Origin: Corallochytrium limacisporum Hawaii
Taxonomy: Eukaryota > Protista > Pluriformea
Assembly (NCBI GenBank): GCA_002811645.1
Contig: PDIP01000003.1
Span: 186,001-250,000, forward strand
DNA: 64,000 nt
Reading direction: 5' to 3'
Shown: positions 21,387-33,275 of the stretch, in pieces
Numbering within the stretch: position 1 is the first letter of the stretch
Layout: each line of letters opens with the position of its first letter
The notes under the pieces: model-generated
Databases searched by the model: none
What the model was told of the DNA's origin: nothing
What the model saw: the letters and a program-made list of their open reading frames with translations, nothing else
Program-made: the position numbers and the translations under genes

Positions 21387-24300
21387 TCACACATAGCTGC
21401 CGCCGATTTCGATGTCACTGTCGTTCTCACTGCCACTATCGGAATCATCGGCTCCGAGCGTGAAGCCCGACCGCGATCGATCCGGTATACTTGGTCGCGG
21501 AGCATGGGTCACGTCGTCTGCAGAGGTGGTGGGCGTCGCTTCGTGCAGAGACACAACCGGCGGCGGTGACGATGCACTCGCGGCGCGGCCAGGCGATGAT
21601 GAAGACTTGCCCTTCACTGAATCGCGGCGCGAGGGGCCTGGACTCTGGCCGAGGATCGAACTCCGCCGGGCGCTGCTGGCGCCCGCCGGGGAAGGACTGC
21701 GCCTGCGCTCCTTCGATGTCACCTCGTCCCTAGTGGCAGAGTTATCCGAATCCTTTTCCACAGACATGCGCCCCTCGCTGATGCGAGTATTCTTGGCGGC
21801 AACATCTTCCGCTGCTGCCGCAGACGCAGTTGCATGGCCCAGCCAGCTGGGCACTGTGCCGCTTGAGTCTACTAAAGGCGATTTTGTCCTATGCTCTTCC
21901 GGAGTGTGGCTCAGGGTAACGCTACGACCACGGGGACTGACTGCGGAAGACGACGAAGAGTGGTGCAGAGGTGACTGGTGTAATTGCGCAGCCCTTCCTC
22001 TGTCGATACGACTCTGGTTCGCGTACCATTGATCTGACTTCTTCATCAGTGCCGCCAGCTGCGTGGCGCTTGGGCTCGGCCGCATGCTTGCATCAATGTC
22101 TCCAACCTTATGAGCAACGGCCCGCTGGGCAGCCAGAGCAGAGCTAAAGCTCACGTTGCGCTTCATGCCGCCGTCACCACCATCTTCACTCGATTTGTCA
22201 GTGAGAGCCTGCTTATACAAATCCTCCAGGCGGGCCGCGCTCTTCTTCTGTGGTAGTCCGCCATGGTGGGCCTTGCCACGCTCTGGCAGGTTCCGCCTAT
22301 CGTATGCATCAGCCGTACCGTGCTTGAGCGACATAGGCCTGTACTCACCCGCAGGACTTCTGCCAGTGAGCGGGGAGCGACCATGACTGCCAATCGGCGA
22401 TCTGGTACTCTCTGCACGGCGGTCTGAGGGCACAAGACCAGGCGAACTTGGTAATTTGTGGGAGATCGGTCTGGCACCCTGCGATGGGCGCCCCTCAGGA
22501 GGTTTGTTTCTGCTGCGAGTGCTGTCACTCGGTTCACTACCATGCGCCTTGCGTTGCTTCTTGCGCATACGCTCCATTTCGATGCGGTAATATGAGTTGA
22601 GAATCTCGTCCTCGGCCTCTGTCTCTGCACAACTGCCGGCGGCGTCCCAGGTCAAGCGGTTACTGACTGCACCAGCAACAGCCAGTGGCGCCTGTACATT
22701 TTGGGGCTGGGAACCTAGCAGCGCTTCTACATTTTCCTGGTTGACTTCCTCGCTTGTCGATTGATGCCGAGAAACTGCCTCAGCAATAGCAGGGACCACA
22801 TTCGAAGATTGAGAACGGATTTGTCTCTCATGCACCTGGCGATCGTGTGCCATCTCTCCTAGTGTAGATGTGGAGGGTGCAGCTGGAATCATGCTCTCAT
22901 CATCACCCAAGAAGAAGCCCTTATTGGCACTGCCGTTACGACTAGCTTTGCGCAATGAGCGGCTAGATGCATCGCGACGTAAACTACTATCCATGGCGGC
23001 CAGATTGCCGCTGCTGAAGCGCTCTCCCGCATACAAATCTGAATTGTATGACTTCTTACGGGCCTTTGCAATTTCGAACTCGTCTCGGGCACTGAGCTTG
23101 AAGTCACTTGCAGGGGACACGGGCATACCAGAAGATCCTCCGGATATGCCTCTGGATATGTTCATTCCCAAATTGCTCTCTACGGCCTTGAAGCTATTGG
23201 CACCGCCGCCATATATGCCAAGGAGTGCACCATTAAGTTGCAAGCCTCCACCAGCCCCTATGGCCTGTGCCTCCAGTTGACGTGCTGCAGCCATGTCAGC
23301 AGCTTCTTCACGAACCAGCTTATCAAAGGCGCTAATGATTTCAGTTTTGTGTGCTTCAGGATTCCTCTGCAGGAGGGGCCGCATACGCTTGCGATCAAAT
23401 TCCTCAAAGAAATCGTGCCAATTATGCAATTGATTGCCAGCAATGGCGTCTACACTGACGGTAAAGTGCTCCATGGCTCTTGGCAATACCTTGGCAGCGA
23501 TGCCACCGCGGACGTCAGTAGGTGCCAGTCGAATGTGCAGCCACTTCAAGAGCGGCTTGATGGTGGAGCCTTGCACGAACACAGTAAAGAGAATGACAGC
23601 CTGTGTGGTGGTGACGATGGCATCTCTCTCACCTCCGACTTGTTCTTCAGTCAAAATGAAAGCCAACGCGAAAGCAATGGCACCGCGTAAGCCACCATAA
23701 GCCATGACAAACTGGTCAGTTACCAGGATCTTCTTAATACGCAGAGAGTTGGCCCAAGCACTCAAGGTGACAATACCGATGATTCGATACCCCAGAGAGA
23801 AGAAAATTGTCCATGCCACAAACTCGATCTGAAAGTCGTGTTCATCTGTGACCAATGAAATACCCAGGTACATGAACACGATCGTTTCACTTGTACTGGC
23901 CAACATCTTTAGCAAGTACCGTACAGTGACCTGTGAATTGTCTCCCAAGTTGTTTCCAGCATAATGCTGCAACACAATGCCTGCGAATAGAATACCCAAA
24001 ATGCCGGAGAACTCGAACAGCTCACAAAGTAGGTAGCTCAGATAACCCGTTGTGAGAATGACCAAGGGTTCAACGACAGGGATACGCTCCGTAAACTTCG
24101 TAATATATGAGCCAAACACACCGATGACTAAACCAATGGCCACACCTAGAAGGGACACGACAAAGAACGATGCAACAGCTGGACCGATTTGATCAGTCGG
24201 AATAGTACCCTGGGTAGAAAATGTTGTGAATGTGTTGTACAAGACAACTGAAACGGCATCATTAAGAACCGATTCCCCAAAAACCAACATATACAGCAGT

Positions 24301-24884
24301 TCATTCACATGAATCTCTTCGAAGATTGCGATTACAGCGACGGGATCCACAGCTGATATCAAGGAGGCAAATACCATAGTGTCCACAAAATCTAGGTCGA
24401 TATTGCCTGTGAGACCCGCCTGCTGAACTCCGTACAATGAAAGGCCCATTGCGAACGTATTGAACAACGTATTCAATACCGCAAAGTTCAAAATTGTCCA
24501 CAAATTGTCAAAGAAAAGCTTGGGATTGATGAAATATCCCGCTTCGAAGATAATAGGTGGCAAAAGGAAGAGGAAGAATACGTTTGAATCGAACCCGATC
24601 CTCTCGTTGGTGCCGCTAGGCATCAAGATTAAGCCAACTACTACACCCAATGTGATAAGCAGACACGACTCCGGAAGTAAAGAAGCAAGCTTGCCTGGTT
24701 GGTGGAATACAAGACGGGCTAAAATGCTAAGCAATATGAATACAACAATTGCGAAAGGCACCTGGACCTCCTCCCAGTTGAGACCAACAAGGTGGATCTT
24801 ACCGTCTTCGCTTTCGCTGGCATGAGCCACACTTATTGTAGTGGCCACAACTGCCCAGCGTATGCAATCCCGATGGTATCCCAT
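21387..24884 (-). CDS. SLC9A: Na+/H+ exchanger, NHE1-5 (plasma-membrane) type, with long disordered tail
   Basis: Signal peptide, PESCLLI, FFLFLLPPIIFEAGY, SAVDPVAV, FGESVLNDAV, AYGGLRGAIAFAL, followed by a ~650-aa Ser/Arg-rich tail. Confidence 0.95.
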   Translation of the reverse strand: MGYHRDCIRWAVVATTISVAHASESEDGKIHLVGLNWEEVQVPFAIVVFILLSILARLVFHQPGKLASLLPESCLLITLGVVVGLILMPSGTNERIGFDSNVFFLFLLPPIIFEAGYFINPKLFFDNLWTILNFAVLNTLFNTFAMGLSLYGVQQAGLTGNIDLDFVDTMVFASLISAVDPVAVIAIFEEIHVNELLYMLVFGESVLNDAVSVVLYNTFTTFSTQGTIPTDQIGPAVASFFVVSLLGVAIGLVIGVFGSYITKFTERIPVVEPLVILTTGYLSYLLCELFEFSGILGILFAGIVLQHYAGNNLGDNSQVTVRYLLKMLASTSETIVFMYLGISLVTDEHDFQIEFVAWTIFFSLGYRIIGIVTLSAWANSLRIKKILVTDQFVMAYGGLRGAIAFALAFILTEEQVGGERDAIVTTTQAVILFTVFVQGSTIKPLLKWLHIRLAPTDVRGGIAAKVLPRAMEHFTVSVDAIAGNQLHNWHDFFEEFDRKRMRPLLQRNPEAHKTEIISAFDKLVREEAADMAAARQLEAQAIGAGGGLQLNGALLGIYGGGANSFKAVESNLGMNISRGISGGSSGMPVSPASDFKLSARDEFEIAKARKKSYNSDLYAGERFSSGNLAAMDSSLRRDASSRSLRKASRNGSANKGFFLGDDESMIPAAPSTSTLGEMAHDRQVHERQIRSQSSNVVPAIAEAVSRHQSTSEEVNQENVEALLGSQPQNVQAPLAVAGAVSNRLTWDAAGSCAETEAEDEILNSYYRIEMERMRKKQRKAHGSEPSDSTRSRNKPPEGRPSQGARPISHKLPSSPGLVPSDRRAESTRSPIGSHGRSPLTGRSPAGEYRPMSLKHGTADAYDRRNLPERGKAHHGGLPQKKSAARLEDLYKQALTDKSSEDGGDGGMKRNVSFSSALAAQRAVAHKVGDIDASMRPSPSATQLAALMKKSDQWYANQSRIDRGRAAQLHQSPLHHSSSSSAVSPRGRSVTLSHTPEEHRTKSPLVDSSGTVPSWLGHATASAAAAEDVAAKNTRISEGRMSVEKDSDNSATRDEVTSKERRRSPSPAGASSARRSSILGQSPGPSRRDSVKGKSSSSPGRAASASSPPPVVSLHEATPTTSADDVTHAPRPSIPDRSRSGFTLGADDSDSGSENDSDIEIGGSYV

Positions 24885-25367
24885 GGCTCACCAAACCACC
24901 CGTTACTGTTGTCTGGTCGGAATCTATATATATTATTTGCTCAAAGCCCGAGGGCAATGTTACATGCTTCACTCTTCTATCTCCACATGGCTAGTGAATT
25001 CAAACGAAAATTTTACAGTCCCCGATCATGTAGTTTATCTTCGTCGGGTCTCATATTTCTGTCCCATGGATCGCCAGTGAATTGTGGCGCACACGTCCAT
25101 GTAATTGAATACCTCCTCTATCTCCCATTCCCGAGACATATGACCAAATGCGTTCCCATCCGACCATCACCTTGTACCGGAACCACCTCGCGACCAACGA
25201 AGACCCCCATCGTAGTGAGAGGCAGTGGACTTGCAAATAAAAAATGGTGGCGAGACACCGATGATCGCACCAAAGCTGTGTGAGAGAGAAAAAAAATATG
25301 GAGCAGTTAAAGCAAGAAAGCGTTCCAGCAGAATTAGACCGAGAGATCCTGCAGGGCAGAGAGAGAT

Positions 25368-25467
25368 CCTCGCGACGTCCTTGCCCGCCCCTCACCGATT
25401 CCCCCTCCACCTCCCCCCCTCGCGACGTCCTTGCCCGCCCCTCACCGATTCCCCCTCCGCCTCCCCC
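25368..25467. repeat. Tandem duplication, 2 x 50 bp
   Basis: Unit CCTCGCGACGTCCTTGCCCGCCCCTCACCGATTCCCCCTCC(A/G)CCTCCCC at 25368 and 25418, one mismatch. Confidence 0.9.
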
Positions 25468-26074
25468 CCCCCCACCAAAACGCTTCCATCTCTGTCAGTC
25501 ACTGGACTCGGCTCCCCTCGACCGGGCGGTTCAGGCCACCTCCGATACTCGTCCACTGCGACCCACCCAATTATCCACCGCTCCGACGGATCAAAATTCT
25601 TCCGCCCCCCCCCCCTTCCCTCTCCACTTCCCCCTCCGTTCAGGCCACCACTCCCCCTGTGCTGGTGGTGCACCAAACTGGCACCTTGCGGCAAAAGGAG
25701 CGAAACAATGGGCACCGGCGGGGTGACACACATCCGAGAATCGGGAGGGGGATAGGTTCAGAGGAGGATCGCAAATAAAACGGACCGCGCAACCCCCAAA
25801 GTACCCCGTCGCTCGTCGGTCACTAAGGCAAGAGACTCGGAGAAGGTAAGAGAGAGAGCGAGAGGTAGGGAGAAGGAAATGGTGGCGGACGGAGAGGAAC
25901 TGAGTATTTAACTTCCTCCGCCTCCCCCGGCGCGGAGTCCCAGCAACTGTGGAAGAGGGGGGGGTGGGGGGAGACACGCCGGCTTTGGACTTACATAGTG
26001 AAGCCAGCCGTCTTCGCCTTCGGAGAGGAAGACCCGAGGTTGGGAGGGGGAGGGGGAGGGAGGAAGAAGAGGAG

Positions 26075-26099
26075 GCAGGCAGGCAGGCAGGCAGGCAGG
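26075..26099. repeat. (GGCA)n microsatellite in purine-rich promoter tract
   Basis: About six GGCA units read directly. Confidence 0.8.
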
Positions 26100-27029
26100 G
26101 AGGGAAATGGTAGAGACAGGTCCCATTAAGGAACAACCCCTCCCCCGGTGCAACAGCGGCCCCTCCACAAGGATGGATGAATCCACGGGGAATTGTATAG
26201 AGACTACGTAAGTACGCAGTCCTGGTAGGCCTCCCATACGCGAGTACTTCGTCCCCTCCGTCGTTGTTGGCAAAATTTTCTCCTCAGAGAATGGGTGAGT
26301 TTTTTTTTCTTTTGGGCCCTGTGTTGTATGGCGTGACACTGGCCGCGGAGCCGAGCCATCCGAAGGCATACGGCATTACCTAAAGTATGGGTATGGACAT
26401 AAACGAAGTCGTCAAATCTGACGCACACGGTTCACTCAGTTGCATCGGGGTGTAAAGCTCATTTACATTAGTGCAGCTGTGGAACCCGATAGGTTTGGCA
26501 ACACGGGTTAACATGGCTTGCGCACATGCATTGAAGTAGATGATGCAATATCTCATCTGCTGTGCGCGCTCTGTTTCCAGCCCAGAGCATGCCTTGACAC
26601 AATGCATGACGGTGTAAACACACGATCTCACCTTTGTGCCTAGCAGGGCCCTAGATGAAGAATCATCAACATCCATACAATCCACATGAACATCATTCAA
26701 GACTGCATAACACAGAATGAAACGAGCGATCTTCAGGAATCAAGAACCCATGAATGAAAACTCTGGGTTGCGGTTAAGGTGGTGACGATGATGCCCACGC
26801 ATCACTCTCATTGTGAATGTACTACAGAGGTTGTGTCCAAACCACTTTAGACGAAATATTGGGATTCCAGTACTGAATGGGTCGAGGCAGAAGGGCCCAG
26901 CACTCGTGCTAGTGAAGGAAGGGAGGGGGGGCTCGGACGCGGCTTTACTTCTCGGGTCGCGCCCCGGCTGGTTCTCGCATTTTGCGGGGCTTTATCCGGC
27001 ATCCGTTATCGTTGCGGTATGCGGTTCCT

Positions 27030-27212
27030 GTGAGTATGACGGACACGATCAATGGTTGCGCGGTGAACAGGATTGGTGTTTAAGAGATTTTTCATATGAA
27101 ATGCTGAAAATTCCCGATTGTTGCTTCAAATAGAATGTCTTGATTGTGTATGAAAAAGAGAACAACATAAAATTGGTGTGGTTGAGAAGGCATATGTGAC
27201 TAATAAATCTAG
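27030..27212 (+). other. Putative 5'-UTR intron of MAEA
   Basis: GTGAGT at 27030 (or GTATGC at 27017), GACTAAT branch at 27198-27204, CTAG acceptor at 27212, 4 nt before the ATG. Confidence 0.55.
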
Positions 27213-27216
27213 AACA

Positions 27217-28380
27217 ATGGTCCAAATGAGTACGGGCACCGGGGCCCTGGATGGGCCACTGATCAAGGTGCCCCTGGAAGTTGTGAGCCGACAGGAGCGA
27301 TACTGTCAGAAACTAATCGAGAAGGAAATGTCAAATGCAGAGAACATCCTCAAGAATTCGGCAAGAACAGATTCTGATAAGAAAGAAGCACTCAAACAGG
27401 CAGCACACCGTTTGAACTTACTTAAGCGAAAACTTAACCAAACCATGGATAGTAACAGTCAGGATCTAAGGAAATGTCAGAAGCGCATCCTATATCTGAA
27501 GACATGCCCCACAGATGGGGACTCGGACTCAATGGCAGCCGTCAAATGGAACACAAAGCGGCTGAATGTGTACATTGTTGACTACTTACTGCGACAGGGA
27601 TATTATCAAACAGCAGAGAAACTTTCAGATTCTGCGGAAATTGACGCCCTCGTAGACATGGACTTGTACAAAGTCAGTCGTCAAATTGAGGAAGCATTGA
27701 GCAAACGAGTATGCACCGAAGCATTGGCCTGGTGCGTAGAGAATAGGAGCAAACTACGCAAAATCAAGAGCACACTGGAGTTCAATATTCGGGTACAAGA
27801 ATTCGTCGAGTTAATTCGAGCAGACAAGCGGTTGGATGCCATTAAGTATGCACGGAAGCACTTGGCACCGGCTGCGGATAAGAATCTGGCAGAGGTACAG
27901 CAGGCGATGGGGCTCCTGGCTTTTCCAACAAGTACTAGGTGTCGACCGTATTCAGAACTCTACGATGAGAATCGCTGGCAGAAACTTATCGAACAGTTTC
28001 GCATTGACAACTTCAATCTGCATAATATGACCAACGACTCCATGCTCACCATCACACTTCAGGCTGGAATTAGTGCCCTTAAGACACGCATGTGCATGTC
28101 TGGTGATGATGTGAACCCGGACTGTCCTGTTTGCAGTCCATTGATTCACGAATTAGCCGCAGATTTGCCATTCAGTCACAGAATCAACTCCTGTCTGGTG
28201 TGTCGCATAAGCAAGACAATCATGAATGAAGATAATCCGCCCATGGCCCTGCCCAATGGCAATGTCTACGGATACAATGCGCTGGCTGAGATGGCCGCGA
28301 AGAATGACGGCATGCTCGTGGACCCTCGTTCTGGTGAACGCTGTGAATTGAGCGAGGCCCAAAAGGTCTTTATTATGTAA
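27217..28380 (+). CDS. MAEA: CTLH/GID E3 ligase subunit MAEA/Fyv10
   Basis: LisH (IVDYLLRQGYYQTAEKL), CTLH/CRA (ALAWCVENRSKLRKIKSTLEF), CPVC...LPFSH, MNEDNPPMALPNGNVY. Confidence 0.95.
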   Translation: MVQMSTGTGALDGPLIKVPLEVVSRQERYCQKLIEKEMSNAENILKNSARTDSDKKEALKQAAHRLNLLKRKLNQTMDSNSQDLRKCQKRILYLKTCPTDGDSDSMAAVKWNTKRLNVYIVDYLLRQGYYQTAEKLSDSAEIDALVDMDLYKVSRQIEEALSKRVCTEALAWCVENRSKLRKIKSTLEFNIRVQEFVELIRADKRLDAIKYARKHLAPAADKNLAEVQQAMGLLAFPTSTRCRPYSELYDENRWQKLIEQFRIDNFNLHNMTNDSMLTITLQAGISALKTRMCMSGDDVNPDCPVCSPLIHELAADLPFSHRINSCLVCRISKTIMNEDNPPMALPNGNVYGYNALAEMAAKNDGMLVDPRSGERCELSEAQKVFIM

Positions 28381-28485
28381 AGAGGAATACAAATTGGTTT
28401 AGAATGGAATGTATATATTCGGGTCACTAAAAATACAATACCCTGTGATAGACGTTGATGACAAGAGCAACAATGTGACGTGAAT

Positions 28486-30474
28486 TTACTTCTTGTCCTC
28501 AGCCTCACCGTCCTTGGCATTCGTCTGCTCGTCAGAGCCACCGGGAGCACCGCCCTTCTTGTACACAGCCTCGAAGACCTTGAGGGACTTGGCCTGAACG
28601 TCATCACCCAACTTCTTGATCTGCTCAGGTTCCTCGATAGTGGTCATCTGCTCGCGAGCCTTGGCAATCTCGTCGCGCAGTTCCTGCATCTGAGTGGCAT
28701 CCAGCTGATCCTTGAACTCATCCAGATTCTTCTCAGTATCGTGCAGGATAGACTCAGTTGCGTTGGTAACCTCAATCTTCTCCTTGCGCTTCTTATCTCC
28801 CTCAGCGTGTTGCTCAGCCTCGCGCACCATGCGCTCAATATCATCGTTGGACAGACCACCGCTGGACTGAATGACGATCTGTTGCTCCTTGCCAGTGCCC
28901 TTATCCTTGGCGCTCACATGCACAATACCGTTGGCGTCAATGTCAAAAGTGACCTCAACCTGAGGAACACCGCGGGGGGCGGGAGGAATACCGACGAGAG
29001 AGAACTGACCGAGCATCTTGTTGTCGGCAGCCATCTCACGCTCACCTTGGTGAACCTTAATTTCGACCTGGGTCTGGCCATCAGCAGCGGTGGAGAAGAC
29101 CTGGGACTTCTTGGTGGGGATAGTGGTGTTGCGGTTGATCAGACGGGTGAAGACACCACCGAGGGTCTCGATACCGAGGGACAGAGGGGTGACGTCCAAC
29201 AGGAGAACATCAGTCACATCACCTGCCAAAACACCACCCTGGATAGCAGCACCCATGGCAACAGCTTCATCGGGGTTCACACCCTTGGAAGGCTGGCGTC
29301 CGAAGACCTTCTGCACAGTTTCCTGAACCTTGGGCATACGACTCATACCACCGACGAGAATGACTTCACCGATGTCAGACTTGGTTAGGTTGGCATCCTT
29401 GAAGCACTTCTCGCAAGGACCGACAGTGCGCTCAATCAGGTTGTTGACCAAAGCCTCGAAGTTGGCGCGGGTCAGCTTGACATTCAAGTGCTTGGGGCCG
29501 GAAGCATCAGCGGTAATGTAGGGCAGGTTCACATCAGTCTGCATAGAGGAAGACAGCTCAATCTTGGCCTTCTCAGCAGCCTCACGCAAGCGCTGCATGG
29601 CGAACTGATCATTGCTCAGGTCAGCACCAGTGTCCTTCTTGAACTCAGCGGCCAAATGGTCAACCAGGGCCTTGTCAAAGTCTTCACCACCCAGGAAAGT
29701 ATCACCGTTGGTAGCCTTGACCTCGAAGACACCCTTCTGGATCTCCAGAATAGAGATATCAAAGGTGCCACCACCCAAATCGTACACAGCGACAACATTA
29801 TCCTTACCCTTATCCAGACCGTAAGCGAGAGCAGCAGCAGTAGGCTCGTTAATGACACGCAGAACGTTCAAGCCAGAAATCTGACCGGCGTCCTTGGTGG
29901 CCTGGCGCTGAGAGTCGTTGAAGTAAGCGGGAACGGTGACAACGGCGTTGTTCACAGACGTGCCGAGGTAAGCATCAGCGGTCTCCTTCATCTTCATCAG
30001 AATGAAGGCACCAATCTGAGATGGTGAGTAGTCCTTACCCTGGACCTTGACCCAGGCATCACCGTTCTTGCCCTCAATAATCTCATAAGGCACCAATTTC
30101 TTGTCCTTCTGGGTCTCGGAGTCATCGTAGCGGCGACCGATGAGACGCTTGGTGGCGTACACGGTGTTGGTGGGGTTGGTCACAGCCTGACGCTTGGCGG
30201 GTTGACCGACCAGACGCTCGCCGTCCTCGGTGAAGGCAACGACAGAGGGAGTGGTGCGCGCACCCTCAGCGTTCTCAATGACACGGGCGCCCTTACCCTC
30301 CATAACGGCAACACAGGAGTTGGTAGTACCCAGATCGATACCGATGACCTGTCCCTTAACCTCACCGGCGTAGTTGCGCTTCATGCCGTTGAACACGGAC
30401 TGGGCAACAGGTCGGCTGGTCTGAGCAGCACGGCGGGCCGAAAACCCGGCGGACCGAAGAACAGAACCCAACAT
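28486..30474 (-). CDS. HSPA9: Mitochondrial HSP70 (mortalin/Ssc1)
   Basis: Arg/Ser-rich presequence from ATG 30474, [47 protein letters not shown]. Confidence 0.98.
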   Translation of the reverse strand: MLGSVLRSAGFSARRAAQTSRPVAQSVFNGMKRNYAGEVKGQVIGIDLGTTNSCVAVMEGKGARVIENAEGARTTPSVVAFTEDGERLVGQPAKRQAVTNPTNTVYATKRLIGRRYDDSETQKDKKLVPYEIIEGKNGDAWVKVQGKDYSPSQIGAFILMKMKETADAYLGTSVNNAVVTVPAYFNDSQRQATKDAGQISGLNVLRVINEPTAAALAYGLDKGKDNVVAVYDLGGGTFDISILEIQKGVFEVKATNGDTFLGGEDFDKALVDHLAAEFKKDTGADLSNDQFAMQRLREAAEKAKIELSSSMQTDVNLPYITADASGPKHLNVKLTRANFEALVNNLIERTVGPCEKCFKDANLTKSDIGEVILVGGMSRMPKVQETVQKVFGRQPSKGVNPDEAVAMGAAIQGGVLAGDVTDVLLLDVTPLSLGIETLGGVFTRLINRNTTIPTKKSQVFSTAADGQTQVEIKVHQGEREMAADNKMLGQFSLVGIPPAPRGVPQVEVTFDIDANGIVHVSAKDKGTGKEQQIVIQSSGGLSNDDIERMVREAEQHAEGDKKRKEKIEVTNATESILHDTEKNLDEFKDQLDATQMQELRDEIAKAREQMTTIEEPEQIKKLGDDVQAKSLKVFEAVYKKGGAPGGSDEQTNAKDGEAEDKK

Positions 30475-30858
30475 TTTATTAGTACCAGGTTCTTTAAGAT
30501 ATTGATTCAATTGTTAAATTGACCACACTCATCTCATGGAAGACATGTTACAGGTCTGAAATAGCCTGACCCTTCGGGGCATACGAAGGAACCAGACACG
30601 ACAGCTACCTACAAAGTATTCGTGGTTTGCTGCTCGCTGTGGGTGTCAATGTGTTCTCCTGACCCAAGAAAGACGAAAAGGTTCTCCAATCTTTGTTTGG
30701 ATAGCGCAACGTACCCTGCAGGTGCACACGGGGTATTTAAAAGCCCCCCCCTTCCCTTCCTTCCTCCCCTCCTCCGTCTCAAGCCGAAGCCAGTCAGGCC
30801 CCCAACCAACCGGTCTTGCCTCATTTTCCTTCCGGTGCTTCGCCCGTGGCCTGAGGTT

Positions 30859-30920
30859 GTGTGTGCGTGCGTGTGCGTGCGTGTGTCTGTGTCTGTGTCT
30901 GTGTGCCAAGAGTGTGTGTG
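30859..30920. repeat. GT/GC-rich alternating simple repeat
   Basis: gtgtgtgcgtgcgtgtgcgtgcgtgtgtctgtgtctgtgtctgtgtg, in the HSP70/GET3 intergenic region. Confidence 0.75.
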
Positions 30921-31205
30921 CGGCTAAGCGTGGGCTGCTGGCGAGCGCAAAAGAAAAAAAAAATGTGTGTCAGTGGAGTGTCTCGGTCGGGTGTTTCCCA
31001 TGAGACACCGGTATTGACACACACACTCCCGGAACCGGTCCTTCTTCGTGACACTCCCTCCGGGCCCACGGGGTCTGCGGGGGGGAGGGGGCCAGGGTTG
31101 ACCGTGTTTCAAGGCCTGTGCTTTGGGCCGGCGGGACGGGGATTTGAGTTTTTCAAGAAGAAGAAAAAAAAATCGTGCTCTCATTCCCATCCCACTTTGT
31201 TCATA

Positions 31206-31270
31206 GTGAGTATGGGAACGTTGCGACAACACGCGACCGGAAAATATCATTTTACTTAACGGTCGAACAG
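31206..31270 (+). other. Putative 65-nt intron in a leader or non-coding transcript upstream of GET3
   Basis: GTGAGT at 31206, ACTTAAC at 31254-31260, ACAG ending at 31270. Confidence 0.45.
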
Positions 31271-32252
31271 ACTTTGGCGTGTGGGCCTTGGGGTATTGCG
31301 TGCAGGGCTGGCTATTCCTGGGTGACCCTGGTTAGTGTTCCAGAACTTCCCCTCCTCCGCCCACCCCACCCCCCCTTGTGTCCGTTCCGAGTGAATTATA
31401 TGGCAAATGTGCTGTGTCCGAGGACGGTTCCCGACCGAATTGTCGTCGTCTACCGCGCTGCAAGCGACAATTCCTTCAAAATTTGCAGGCCCCGCTAAAA
31501 ACAGGCGACAGATATTCGTCCCATGATGTCCCAATAGTTGGACTTTCCTCATATATTTAGTACCGAAACCAATCCATGTGACTTTCTACTCGCCTGTATC
31601 GTACCAGGTTGTCTGCAAGTTGTGTTTGTCAGCCCGTGTTCAACGACGAGAATGCGACAGCTGCCCTACTGAATGTACTGGATTGTTCGCCGCTCTCATT
31701 GATTTTTCTTCACTGACCGCACACCGCGGTCACGAGCACAGAAGCACCCCATGTGCCGAAGGGTAGTGAGAAAACAGTCCCATGCTATACTGAATATACT
31801 GGTTGGTCCCCAAAGGAAAGGTGAACGCGTTCATTTACTACGTAAACGGGTGGTCATGAGACTATAGCTGAAAACCTAATTAACTTATTTAATAGGGATA
31901 TGTGGCAAAGAGTGACTATGGGTTTCCGCGGAACGTACTATATTCAGGTGGCTTGTATACATGGCCCGTATCCTTCAGGAACGAGCCACCTGAGTACGAA
32001 ACGGGTTCCCATAGTAAAAGTACCACGAGTGCGGGCTAGGGTGACGAGTAGGCGAACACTGTTTGCGGCTGTGGACGCTACTCCCTGCTCTAAGCACGCC
32101 CGACTTCCCAAACAGGTCAATGGACATTGCTTCAAACAACCGATAGTAACATGGGTTTCCCTGGCACTTATTTAACTCAAGCCACCCTCAATAGCCCTGA
32201 GTAGTCAAACCACTCTTTGCTTACGGTAAAGAAACATTTGTGTGGGATTAGA

Positions 32253-33275
32253 ATGACTATGTCTTATGAGGACGAAGAACCTCTGGAGCCTAGTCTCCAA
32301 AACGTACTGGAGCAGGACACCCTGCACTGGATCTTTGTAGGTGGCAAGGGTGGTGTCGGAAAAACAACAACCAGCTGCAGCTTGGCCATTCAGCTTTCGA
32401 AAGTGAGGAAGAATGTGCTACTCATTTCCACAGATCCCGCACACAATTTGAGCGATGCATTCTGCCAGAAGTTCTCTAAGGAACCTCAGCTTGTGAATGG
32501 CTTTGACAACCTATCCTGTATGGAGATTGATCCCCAGGTGGATATGCCGGGCTCTCAAGGTTCCTTGTTTGGTGACATGGGTGGCGAAGAAGGAAAGGCT
32601 ATGATTCAGGAGCTTACTCAAGCACTCCCCGGAATTGATGAGGCCATGAGTTTCGCTGAGGTTATGAAGCTGGTACAGACGATGGAGTACGATGTCATCG
32701 TTTTTGACACTGCTCCCACGGGGCATACTCTGCGTCTGCTGAGCTTCCCGGGTATCTTGGAGCGGGGCATCGGAAAACTCATGCAGCTGAAGAACCGTTT
32801 TGGACCAATGTTGAACCAGGTGCAGCAGATGTTCGGAGGGCAGTTGCCTGGTGGTATGACTGATGAGGTCATGACTCAGCGTTTGGAACAGATGCGTGAT
32901 GTTGTGGTTCAGGTGAACGAACAGTTTAAGGACCCTGATTTGACCACTTTTGTGTGCGTCTGCATTCCAGAGTTTCTGTCTTTGTACGAAACAGAACGCT
33001 TAGTGCAGGAGCTCACAAAGTACGGTATTGACACCCACAACATTGTCGTTAACCAGCTGCTCCCGCCTGATGAGACTGCAAGCGGTTGCAAGCACTGTCA
33101 GGCTCGTCTGCGAATGCAAAACAAGTATCTGTCCCAAATTGTAGACCTCTACGAAGATTTCCATGTCACAAAGCTGCCGCTCCTTGAGTACGAAGTCCGT
33201 GGCACGGATAAGCTGAAGCCTTTCTCGGACAATCTTACACAGCCGTTCTTCAAGGAAGGACAGTTGCCATCATGA
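32253..33275 (+). CDS. GET3: GET3/TRC40 ATPase
   Basis: [56 protein letters not shown], CxxC. Confidence 0.97.
   Translation: MTMSYEDEEPLEPSLQNVLEQDTLHWIFVGGKGGVGKTTTSCSLAIQLSKVRKNVLLISTDPAHNLSDAFCQKFSKEPQLVNGFDNLSCMEIDPQVDMPGSQGSLFGDMGGEEGKAMIQELTQALPGIDEAMSFAEVMKLVQTMEYDVIVFDTAPTGHTLRLLSFPGILERGIGKLMQLKNRFGPMLNQVQQMFGGQLPGGMTDEVMTQRLEQMRDVVVQVNEQFKDPDLTTFVCVCIPEFLSLYETERLVQELTKYGIDTHNIVVNQLLPPDETASGCKHCQARLRMQNKYLSQIVDLYEDFHVTKLPLLEYEVRGTDKLKPFSDNLTQPFFKEGQLPS

Noticed and set aside
28480-30522. Long plus-strand ORFs (302, 179 and 106 aa) opposite HSP70
   Set aside because: Well-known antisense shadow of codon-biased HSP70/dnaK genes; they mirror the CDS codon for codon.
31679-31690. 10-nt match to LSU rRNA (TGGATTGTTC) as a minus-strand snoRNA guide
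   Set aside because: No D or D' box at the required distance.
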